A DNA stretch of 62,955 nt, the filler included, from Octopus bimaculoides (Eukaryota): NCBI RefSeq assembly GCF_001194135.2. It is 4 parts of 4 records of this genome, joined end to end, with 100 filler letters (N's around TTAATTAATTAA, not from the genome) between each part and the next. Parts side by side here need not be neighbours in the genome. Positions count along the whole stretch, not along the records: positions 20,515 to 49,073 come from NC_068993.1; 3 more parts are not named here. One strand, 5' to 3'. The notes beneath the pieces are model-generated. The model saw only the letters and a list, made by a program, of their open reading frames with translations, made no database searches and had not been told where the DNA came from. Of this stretch, positions 21,735 to 33,450 are shown piece by piece. A program made the position numbers and the translations under genes. Positions within the stretch are counted from its first letter, which is position 1. Every line of letters starts with the position of its first letter.

Positions 21735-24050
21735 CTCCTTTTAAGTGCAACTTGAAAAAGTTGATGACGATTTGACCATAACAGAAAGTGTCTATCTTCA
21801 GTCATTTCAGCCTTGTCCACCACACAACCTTTTTCATCATACCCACCAAACAGAGAAAATCTACCTACCCTTGTTGGTTAAAAGTGCATGTATGTATGTG
21901 TGTAATTCTATGATAGATTTGGTCAATAGTTAAATCTATACTACATATTACAATGATTGCTTGATATAACTCATAATTCAGTAATGCTCAGACACTGAAC
22001 AAGTGCATGCAGCAATGCTCTCACCCTTCCAGTAACACTGCCAGGCCAAGGATTTTTAGAAATCAGTAATATCCTCACTCCTTTAGTAGCACTTCCAGGC
22101 CAAACATTTCTGGAATTTATCCATAGTCACTAGCCCAAATGTCCTCTGGGACAGACTAACCAGTTCAATACCTAAAGCTACTCTGAAAATATTGTTTCTC
22201 TTCACCACCAATTTTGCATAGATTGCTAGCATAGAACTATGTCAGTTGATTAGTAGAATGTGTTGAGTACAAGACAACATTCCAGATGTCAGTTTTCCAG
22301 TCTTGGTTTTAGCTTGATTCAGAATTGCACTTGGTCAAAGAAATGAGCTTCAGAAAGACATGACTTACAAAAGAAGATCACATCTACTCACCATCTAAAA
22401 ATCTCTGCAGATGTTAAAGCATGCTGAGCCCCCTTTGTAAAGAGTGTGTTGATAGGAGATAGGCTGTTTGACCAATGGCATGCAACTAGAGAAGCAAATA
22501 CTACAATCTAGTCAGATGAGAACTAGAACAACATATGATGCTCAGGTAATAAATCATGATGCAGGCAATAAAGGCATTTGTAACCCTTTTCTAGACTTGC
22601 TGCTCATAATTTTGTTTCAGTTCCTGTCCACCAACAAATCCAGTCTGAACCAGATCCTTAACAGTATAATTGGTCTATTAGACCAGCACCCCATGATTAA
22701 GTCAAATAACATGAAATTGCCTCTTCAGGTACTGAGCTGCACACCCACCAACTTTGTTCCTGCCACCACTTCATCATTTACTTATATAGTTTCTGACATC
22801 ATCATGGTGACATTGTCTACATATGTTGACATGGCTCTGCAACAACACATTTTGATAGCCTTTAATACCTTTAGCTTCCTTGGCTCAAGAGTTTGCACAT
22901 ACAGAAAACATAAGAACACTTCTGATAGACTGAGTGCACAATATGAAATGGTTCTGAGAGGTAGTTCTTCATTCTGACTATTGAACAGATGCCACTGTAA
23001 TCCAGCTTCTGTAAACAAGACCAAAACCAGTGTCTTAAGGATAGTCACCAAGAAGCGGGCTTGCCAACAAAAATCTTTTGAGTGATCCAAATTGATTATG
23101 TCTCCACTGAAGCCAAGTTACATATCTATCTTTATATGATGCATCATATAAAGTTGAGGTTATCACTATACCTCTATTCAGGGTTGTGTATTTTTGCAAC
23201 CATACCATAATAACAAATACTAACCTTTTTGCTAACATTTTGGCTAAACTCAGCATTCAACAGAGTTATGTATTACATCTCCTTTGTTGGTGTCTTTTCT
23301 TAGCAATGCTACCACTCCATTCTGCAGCCAGTTGCTGCAGAGATTTGTCAAGAGGTCATCAAACTAGTTTGGCATGTATTCATAAGCTTGTAGAGAGGAT
23401 CATCCAAATATGGGAGCAATTTACATCACATCCAAGAGAAATATGGATGTCAGCTGCTGAAATATGGAAGACAGTGAACCACTCATATTTCTGTAGCTGA
23501 CATTGGATTTTTACACTATTTTGTTTTACACCACATTGAGACTGTCTCAAATAGTTAGAGTTCTGCAATAAATTCATTCATCTACTTGGAATTGAGCAGC
23601 AAAACTTGTTCCAGTCCAAAGACTGAAATGTGACTTCTGTCACTCGGGCCCATCAAGCAACTTTCATTCGCTTGTGTTTTTAATGGATGTACCTTAGCTC
23701 TGACAATGCAATCTTTGCCTGCTATGAAAGACGTGCAGCTGATATTAAACTGGACCCTGTCTTTGAGTTCTATTTAAGTCAACCATGCAGATCACAAATG
23801 TGTACTTTGTGTAGCTGATCACTTTAAATTGTGAGTATCCTACTATCCACTGGTGTACACTCTATCTGGATACAAGATGGATTACCTGCTGAGGATACTC
23901 TATGTTCACAGTGGCATATTTGTAAAATTTAGTCAGTACCTGTCAAATAAGTGGAAACATCTGAAGAGACTTGCAAAACTGTTACACTGCTTTTATGTGG
24001 CATTGCATGGGCACTTTTACATGGCACCACATGGGCACTTTTATGTCCTT
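21735..24050 (-). mobile_element. Decayed Tx1/L1-clade LINE (end of EN, RT, C-terminus)
   Basis: FVICMVDLNRTQRQGP; LYVQTLEP...STYVDNVT; IILLRIWFRLDL; FLCLVGMMKKVVWWTRLK. Homologous to the better preserved fragment at 61331. Confidence 0.8.
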
Positions 24051-24129
24051 TATGTGACACTACATGGGGGATTTTTATGTGGCAGCACCATGAGTGCATT
24101 ACACCACCAGAAGAATTGGTCTAAACACT

Positions 24130-24880
24130 TCTATTGTGGAGTACAGGTGTCCTTGAGTATGGCAAGACGCTAGGCATCTCAGTCCCTTGTCATTTCTTCT
24201 GAAAGGTTCTGTGTCCTGAGGTCATTCTTTAGTACTTCATCCCATGTCTTTCTGGGTCTCCCACTTCTACTTGTTCTATTTGTGGTGTGTGCGTACGAGT
24301 AGATGTAATCACCTTACCTCGGTTTTCCTTTCGTCGACTGCGAGTCTGTCTTGCGGTATCCAATCCTTGAAGCTTGCCCCGACCCAAAGAACACCAGGAA
24401 TAGCAGCTGCTTCTCCCAAACCTAGATCGTCACTAGACACGTCTTGTCCTGTCCGCGACCCCGTTCGAAAAAGGGCACGAATCCCGATCGAGGCTCCCTC
24501 TGCCCTTTTTCCTCTTCCGGTCAACTCGCCCTTCCGGTCAGCCTCCCCAGACACTGACGTCATACCACACTATTCACTTTGAGAAATCGGCACTTCTTTA
24601 TGGAGTTGATGGTATCCATCCACATCACATGACCAAACCAGCACAGTCTTCTGTCTTACACACAGCAACAAATTCCTCTTATGCCTTACTTCTATCTCTT
24701 CCATACTGTCATGGGTTGGATGGTTTGACAAGAACTGGTAAGCCAGAGAGCTGTGCCAAGCTCTATTGTCTGTTTTGGCATGGTTTCTGTGGCTGGATGC
24801 TCTTCCTAACACCAACCACTTTAAAGAGTGTTCTGGGTAATATTTTCATGGCACTAGCACCAGAGGAGGTTACCAAATAA
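24130..24880 (-). mobile_element. RTE fragments interrupted by solo LTR copy 2
   Basis: WFGHVMWMD..IKKCR|...RPRKTWDEVLKNDLRT rejoins across the LTR; an RTE 3' UTR-like piece lies at 24700-24880. Confidence 0.65.
24281..24569 (-). mobile_element. Solo LTR (copy 2)
   Basis: Termini TGTGGT...ACCACA with 5-bp TSD CTATT at 24276-24280 and 24570-24574. Confidence 0.88.
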
Positions 24881-25584
24881 CTAGCAAGACAACACAAAAT
24901 CCCTTTGCTAGGGGACGTAGTTTTGAGGGTGGTGGCTTTGTGCTAGGTGATGAGAGATTAAAAAATAATACAGGGATAGAGATAAGTGTCCTGTTGTAGA
25001 AGAGATACAAGGATACTTTAGTTGGAGTAAAGTGAGATAAGGTGACTTAGAGAGAAAGATAGAGATGGAGAGACTGAGAGAGATGGTGGGAGATATGTGT
25101 CAGAACATACCCTCAAAGTTGAATGGGGAGTTAATGTAGGATTGGACTGAGTGAGTGGGCAGGGAGCACAGAGGGGAAAATTTCATAAGAATGTGAGGGG
25201 AGATGGTTAGATAGGATACAGGTGACTGTCATAATTGAAGGTGAGAGATATAGAAGTGGCTCAGGGGAAGGGGGTTATGTTAGATAAGTAAGGGAATTGG
25301 GAGTGATAGGGGATGAAAGAGATGTTAAGGATGGAATATAGCAGAGAGGAAAGAGCATGGCTGGAGGAAGATAATGACTGACATTACTTACTGAGTCTGT
25401 CCACTATTTATTAGTAGTGGACTATCCCACTTCTCACCTTGGGGTATCTGCTGCAACATCTCCTCCCATTGAGATTTTTCTTTTTTCGCTTCTTTCAACA
25501 CAACATTGTGTTTTTTTTATTTCTTTTTCTTCTAGCCAGAATTATTTTTCACTTCTTATTTAAATTTTTTCTTGTTCCACAGAG

Positions 25585-25626
<42 letters not shown>

Positions 25627-25712
25627 CAAAATGCCACAGGTAGTACCAGTCTACATTGTTTATTGGTAGCACTACTACATATAGTGACCTGACTTAAATC
25701 CTTCACACAGAC

Positions 25713-25756
<44 letters not shown>

Positions 25757-26099
25757 AAGTCCTGACTTAAGTCCTTTGAATGGATTTATATATAATTTTT
25801 CATTGTGTTAGAGTTCCAGTTTTATCTGACATTTTTTTCTTCAGAATATTTTTTTAATATATATTTTTCACTGTGTGAAGTTCAAATCCCACCTCGGGAT
25901 TTTTAACATTTTTCCACTGCGTAAGCTCCGAATACTTGTCGCCATTGATGTGTCCTGCATTATGACGACATATTTCATCTTCCCTGTGACTGGCCCAAAC
26001 AGTGTACCTCACTGACTGACACTACTTACTGAGTCTGTCCACTATTTATTAGTAGTGGACCAGCCCACTTCTCACCTGGGGATGTCCACGACAACACAC

Positions 26100-26370
26100 A
26101 GCAAGGCGCTAGATATATTAGTCCTTGTCATCTCCTCCTTAAGGTTCAGCATTTTGTGATCAACGCTCAATGCTTCATCCCATATCTTCTTCCACAAGAT
26201 CTGTCCACTTTAAGTAATTAGCACTTTTTTATGCAACTGCTCTTGTCCATACACATCACATGACCAAACCAGTGCAGTCTTCTCTCTTGCACATTACATT
26301 TAATTCCTCTTATACCTAACTTTTCTCTCAATACACTAACACTCTGTTGTACATGTACATCAAATTTGAA
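26100..26370 (-). mobile_element. RTE C-terminal fragment
   Basis: QQSVSVLREKLGIRGIKCNVQERRLHWFGHVMCMD, paralogous to ORF 39092-39739. Confidence 0.75.
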
Positions 26371-27640
26371 AATGAAACATTTAAAAAATTTTTGCATTTT
26401 TGGTGAGGTGAATATTTTTCTTGCTATTGCCATTGAAAAACAAAAATTTATTAGGGTTTTCATCATTTGTTTTACTTGACTCCACATTTTAATTTTTTTT
26501 ACTATGTGCTTGATCTTCTCTAAGATGGCAAAAACCTAATTCAGCTCATGTAGCAGGAAATGATAAAAAAAAAACTCCACCCCCAAACCAAAAAATAATC
26601 ACTCGAGCAGAAAATAATTCTAGAAAGGAATTCAAAATCGACATAATTCCAATAAAATAATTGTTCAAGTATTCTTCACTTCAAGACATCATTTCTTGTG
26701 GTGGGAAAATTTTAATTTCAATATCAACATTAAATTCTAGTCATGTGTGCAGTACTCAAATGTGAAAGCTTCTATTTTATTAGCAAGAAAATTGAATTTT
26801 GAAAAACTACCCATTTTTTATTTAAACAATTGATGAAAAAGTTAGATATGGAAATTTCTATGGTGAAGGTTATTTCTAAATTAATATCAGAAAGAGTTTG
26901 TAGTAGTAAATTGTCCAAGGATCTCATTTTTCTGCATGACTAGAAGTTCCTTTTCTGCTGACCAGTTTGATAACTAGTCTGCAGTAAAGGTCCTTGTCTA
27001 CAAGTTCAAAACTGTTGACTGTCAATTGGAAACAACAAGGTGTTTTTACTACCCTACTCATGCATGTAGTTACTTAGCTCTTTGGTGACTGTTCATTATC
27101 AGGAGTTGGTGTGACTTGCCTAGGATAGCCCCTGTTTGGTGGTTGAGTTACTTGAATAGGCTGTCAATATCAAGATGGGCTGGTTTCAATCTATCGATGG
27201 AAATCATGTCCTGTCATCCTCCAATCAAGAGTTGAAATGATCTGTCTCCTGGATGAATCACTTTGGTCCATCATAAGGTAGCTGAAAGGATTTTCATAGT
27301 GCATCATAATGAACGAAAACAAACTTCACCTTGTGGAGGTCATTTCGTATGGAACCTTGGTGTACCATGAGTTGACATGGAAGTAGGGTATAATTTCTCC
27401 ACATTGTCTCTCAGATGCTCAAGATACTTTTTGACATCTGGGTCTGGACTGTGTGTTTGGAATGAATTCCTCTAGCATCATAAGTGGGGCATGGTACACC
27501 ATTTCTGCAGAAGTGTTGAGGTTTTTCTTTGGGACAGTGTGGATTCCCAGCATCACCCTTGGAAGTTAGTTGATCCAGTTGAACCCATTAAGTCTGATTG
27601 TGAAGGATTTCTTCAAGCAGTGGTGGAATCTCTTCATTAA

Positions 27641-30111
27641 CCAGTCTATGGTGGCGATTCATTCGGTTGCCTGCATGCAGCAATGATAATTGTGCTAATT
27701 GAGGTCAGCACTCAGTGCAAGATAAAGTTTGGCGTATATTTACATCAACCACTTTAGTGCAAGTACTGTTTATGTACCTAAACTATATCATTGTGCAGGA
27801 TGCTCATACAGTATTATTCCAAAATAAGATCACTCGACAGTACCAGTCATATCAACTTCATGTATTTACAATCACATGAATTCAAAAATCGCCTTTAGTG
27901 TGGTAGAGTTCAAAACAGAGTACCTCACACAGTAGCATATCATATTGTGATCAATGGTATCTAGTTTCCTTACATTTCCCTTTTGCTTTACATACCGTGC
28001 ATCTCTTTGAAGCATTTATCTTCTTGGCAGTGGGGGGAAACAGTTGTGGAAAATGTCCACATCCCTTCACCATGCAGTGAGGAGAGAGTCCAGCATGGGG
28101 GCATCCAGGCATTCTGTACTTTGGCAGGTCTGATGCTTCTATAATTTTACAGAACAATAGATTCTTGAATGTTAATCCATCCCCCACACCACCAAACATC
28201 TGCCAAATCAAATCCGAGTTCACAGCACACATGTCAACTATATACAAGAAAAGTTTTTTGTACCATTTCACAAATTTTCTCACTGATTTGTGTATCATTG
28301 CCAACTGATCTGAGCAATTGACCCCACCCATCCCTTCATTGTATGAAACAACTACACTTAGTTTCATTATGTCCTTCATGCTTGCAGAATGCATTGTGGA
28401 TGACTTGCAAATTTTTTTTTTTTTTTTGTCATGCCACACTAGAATGAGAATAACACTATCAGTCCATCGATACACTGTTTCCTCCTTTTGAAGTTTTATC
28501 TTGTGAAGATTAGGCAGCTTCACAAGAAGATTGGGCAGATTTCCTGCACATCCTCACAGTCCCACAAGCATCAGTCCTCCTCACCTGCAGCTGCAGGAAG
28601 AGGTCTAGACTGGAAAACCAGTTGTCCGTATAAATATTGTAGCCTTTGTCAAACAGGTTTTCATTCAGTGACATGACATTAGTTGACACTAGAGTAGACA
28701 CTGGAAGATCCAATCTGTCCTGAACAGTGTAGATTTTGTAATTCCATGTGCACCCACAGGCTCAGCCATTTTACTAGCATACTTTATAAACCTTGACTCC
28801 AAAGCGGGCATTTTAGTCAGGTTGTATTGTTTGAATCGAAGCCTTCCCTTGAATTTCCGCAAACTCTCATTCATACAAACGTTCTGTGTGGGGACATACA
28901 CCATTCTGAAATTTTCAGCCACTTTGTCAATGATAAGACATATTTTGTGCAGCCTGTCATCTTGGTTCTCACCTGAGTTGAAATGTAGATTTCAAAGAAG
29001 TGCCAAAAATCGATCATGTGGCATCATTACGGGAAAAGAAAGGTGTCGATATGGCTGGATCCTGATTTCAATATGATGCTAGGGTCGGTGTCTTCATGAT
29101 GCCCATCAGTATCAGCAGGGCAAACAGAACTTTGATATTGTCCCCTGTGGTTGGAAACCAATCACCAACATGCCCAGGTCTGACATGCTGGGGATGGTTT
29201 TCAGCACAGTCATTCATTTTGTCCGCTATATATTGGAACAGTTCATCCGTCAAAAACTTGTGGAAGATTACCAGTTCAAGGTTTGCCTTTGTGCCAGGCA
29301 TAGCAGTAAACCCATGCCATCAGACAAAATTGTCTCTTGCTCACCACACAACATTCTGTTGTTCAGAGCCATTCATTGCTGCCCACCTGTACCTTTGATT
29401 CACCAGAATATCATCATCACTATCAGAATCAGCTAATTCTGAATGAGGAAAATACTCACTCTCCAAGTCATTGTCGAAATCAGAAGAAACCACTGGTGAG
29501 GTGGTGGAGTTTGGTATAGCTTGGCACAACAACCATAAATTCGATGAAACAGGACGCGGCAACAAAGTTGACGGAGCCAGAGTAGTAGAACGTGATGATG
29601 ATACTGATGGAACCAGAATAGTAGAATGCAAGAAAGCAGGAGTGGCACAATATGATGGAGAACATGATGAAGCTGATGACGAATGCAACAAAGCCAGTGT
29701 AGTGGGACATAATGATGAAGTCAGTGTGGTGGGACACAACCATAAATTACATGCAGGACCAGAAGATTCAGCTACAGCAGAATCCCTACAAGCACTGGCA
29801 GTACGAGATGATGAATGTAAATTGGTTTTGAATTGATTGGAAGCCATATTGCTAATGTGGTATAATCACCAAAACTAGAGCTTACATAGGAATAAAGCCT
29901 ACATCTGGGCTGTAAATATTTACATGAAACATCTAACCAGCCTACTGGGTTGTAAATATTTACATGGGAACATCTAATCAACCTATCAGTTGGCAGGTGG
30001 ACTGGTACTAAGTCAGGTGACAGGTTCTAAGTCAGGCAGCATATAATTATGTCAACCTATTTAAAGCATGTACATTGCATGTGTAAATTTATGTCAACCA
30101 TTTTAAAAGAG
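27641..30111 (-). mobile_element. Full-length decayed piggyBac (PGBD4-like transposase)
   Basis: NESLRKFKGR; YTDNWFSS; YNEGMGGVNCSDQ; KWYKKLF; C-terminal RCTVC. TTAA at 27637-27640 and 30112-30115; 2.47 kb; TIRs degenerate. Confidence 0.85.
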
Positions 30112-33100
30112 TTAAGCTATTTAACTGGGGATGGTAGGCTGTTGTGTGTTTCATTTTGATGTGAAAAAGTTCACATGTCATGCTACAGCTTTGAGGTGAA
30201 CTGAGTTCCATGGTTGGATGAGATGCTGTCTGGGACACCAAAACAGGCAACCCAGTTTGTGATGAAGGCACGGGTAATTTCTTGTGTTTCCATGCTGCAA
30301 AGAGATATGGTCTCAGGCCAATGAGTGAAGTGACCCACCATGGTTAGTATGTCTTTCAAACATACTAACCATGGTGGATCACTTCACCATGGTTAGTACA
30401 TATGAGCAACCAAGTGATGGTGGTAGGGGGCCAACGAGATCAATGTTGACATGGTCAAAATGGGCCTGTGGGGGTTTATAGCTGCTCAAAGGTGCTTTGG
30501 TATGCTGACGGATTTTAGCTTGTTGGTAGGAGATACAGGTTTTGGTCCACTCCCCAACTTTTTTGGTCATACTATGCCAAACAAATTTGCATGATATCAA
30601 AAACTTTTTGGTGCCAGGCTAATGGGACAATTGGTCATGGCTTCCCATTGGATACATTGCAAAGTAGGGCAATTCTGTTGGAGCCAAAGTCTACATCTTG
30701 CAAAGAAAGGGAAGTCATGGTAGTGCGGTAGGCCCTGATGTCATTATTTGATTGTTGAACCATGACCATACCCTGGCAGTCAAGACCTTCTGTTATTTAG
30801 GCTATGTAGGTGTCAGAATAGACAAAGCTCTAGAGAGTGCCTCAGTGATTGGATTGCTTTTTCCATACATGTGCTGAGTATTCATGGTGTACTCAGAAAT
30901 GGTTGATAACTGTCACTACTGACATGCAGACCATAGCTCTGATAACTTATTTAGAGTGTAGGTGAACGGTTTGTGGTCTGTGAACACCGTGAAAGTGCAA
31001 CTTTCCAAAAAATAATGAGTGGTAGACACCTAGATGGGCAGTTAGTAGTTCCCTGTAGAAAATGCTACATTTCTGTTTAGGTGGGAGGTAGTTGTTGACT
31101 GAAGAAGGTTAGAGGTCATCACTGACTATTGATGTGTTGTTCCAAAACACCTCCAATGGCTGTGTTGAAGGCATCCACTGTGAGTACTGACAATGCTGGC
31201 ATATGATGATGGGAAATCATGGTTGCTTTAGCAAGAGCTCCTTTTGTGGATTCAAGGGCTGAGATCGTAGCCCTGTCCCACTCTACCTGTTATTTTAAAA
31301 TTTCTCCTGATAACGTTTTGTACAGGGGTTACATCAATCTTGCTGCAGAGGGGATGAAACTGCAATAGAAATTTACCACAAATTGGTACCAAGTCTCACT
31401 TGTGAGGTGTGGAGAGGATGAGAAGGCTTGCTCTTTTTCTGGTAAGGATGTAGCACCAGCACCTGTGATTCAGTTTCTAATAAACTCGATTTCTTTAACA
31501 TCAAAGACACATTTGGTGGGGTAGGTCACCAAACCATATCATCTATTCAAAAGGGTCACTAGGCACTTCTTGTGTAGCTCCACTTTTTGTCATCTAGGTA
31601 TGCAAAGATAAAGTCTAGGCCCATGCACATGGTATCCATCAAGCGTTGAAAGGACTGTGCTGCATTTTTTAAGTCAAAGGGTGTGCGTAGAAATTCATAC
31701 AACCGAAAAAGAGTGATAACAGCCGTTTTAGGAACATCACCATCTCATACAGGTATATGGTGGTAACCTTGGATGAGGTCGACCTTCAAGAATATTGAAC
31801 ATCTGGCTAACTGGGCTGAGAAGTCCTGTATATTTGGAATAGGGCTGTGTTTGTGTTAAGGCAGGTTTCAGTATCAAATGTAGAGGTGATGACCAGGGAC
31901 TGCTTGACTGATGAATGATGCCCAAAGCTTCCAGATTGTCAAACTTGGCCCTCACAGTAGCAAGAGTAAATGACAGGCGACCCATCCAGTGGTAGACAAC
32001 ATGTGAAGCTGGTAGTTGGGATGTGGTGTTTCATTCCAGGGCAAGTTGTGGGTTTGGAGAATGTCAGGGTAGTGAGAGTGGGGCTGTTCACAAGGAGGTC
32101 CAAGAACTCATTCTTGGTCTGTGAGATGGCTGCTAAGTGAGGAGCAGCATGTGCAGATGTTGCCAGAGAAACAGAGGCTTTGGCGTTGCTATTAACAAGT
32201 TGAAGATTGACTACCAGCGAGTGAGCTCGAAAGAAGTCTGTTCTGATAATGGGCTGATGGACATTAGTGATGGTGAATGCCCATGTATATGCTTATGAGC
32301 AGATGTAAAGGGAGAGAATGGAGCATCCATACACCTTGATTATGGAACCATCAGCAATTGCTGAGATAAAGCTGACTTCTCCTGTGTCAATTAGGAATCT
32401 TTGTCAGGAGCAGTTGATCATGTTTGCTGGCCATCAGGGTGTTTAAGAGCAGCCAGCCCACAAGTTTCCCAATGACAAAGAGCTCTTGAAGCTGCATGGT
32501 TGTTAATTTTTCTCTCAAACAATTTTAATGTTATACATGTAAATTTTAAATATAAACATGTATATCTTTTAGGACATTGTCATTTTATATGATTTTGCTG
32601 GCAAATTTTTAAATTAACATAAATATTTATTTGCATAAAAGAAAATTATCAGAAAACTTTCATCTAATTCTTCCAAATCTTTCTGTTAAAACTATTGAAA
32701 ACATTTGAGGGGAATTTTTTTTTTATCACAACTGCTTACACAGCACAAGGTTTAACGGAACCTACTGAAGCAAGCCAGTATGCTCACAGCATTACCACGG
32801 GTGATGGCAAGACTAAGGCATTGGAAAAGCCATGCACCCTCACAGGCATCACCTGACACTTGGTGAGGTGAGCTGCCAACTTGTTCCAAACTTCTTGTAA
32901 TAGTGACACTAGGAGTGTGATGTGGGTGCCAAGGGGATAAAGTCCAAAAAAGTTTGGGAACCATTGTTCTAACCTATCTGTATCCAATATCCTGGCTGCT
33001 GCTTACTGATTTTTTGTCTAGCAGGATTATGATCAATGTCATAAGGTTGGCCCTGAAACATAATGAGGTTACATGAGATGATTAGTGTCACTATTACAAG

Positions 33101-33179
33101 AAGTTTGGAACAAGTTGGCAGCTCACAACCACAAAAATACTGCAAATTCAAAACAACTGTTTTTCACAAATAAAACTTA

Positions 33180-33450
33180 ACCTAAATAACCCATTATTTT
33201 GTTATGAAAGATTAAATGTAAATTTAGTCTTTCATAACATAACTGATAAGAAAAGCTATACTGGACTATGTGAAGGTGAATTCAAAAAAACACTATGCTA
33301 ATCATGTGTTCCTTCTGATACAGGGACAAAAGTAAAGCTATTAAGTTGGTTAGACACATATGGGGTTTGAAGCTGAATGCCACACCACATACAATAAAGT
33401 GGAGAATAGTCGAAAAATCCACACCATATGTTAACGAATCAAACTTATAT
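33180..33450 (+). mobile_element. Penelope GIY-YIG fragment
   Basis: KSYTGLCEGEFKKHYANH...IKWRIVEKSTPY. Confidence 0.7.

Noticed and set aside
22468-22977. 169-aa plus-strand ORF as a host gene
   Set aside because: It is antisense to recognisable Tx1 RT motifs; only the spliceable sub-segment is kept as a low-confidence finding.
25376-26100. Duplicated ~90-bp unit with a gtccacta/tagtggac hairpin (25376 and 26012) and cctgacttaa repeats
   Set aside because: The duplication is real, but I could not build a ribozyme core, TIR or TSD; probably fragments of an old repeat.
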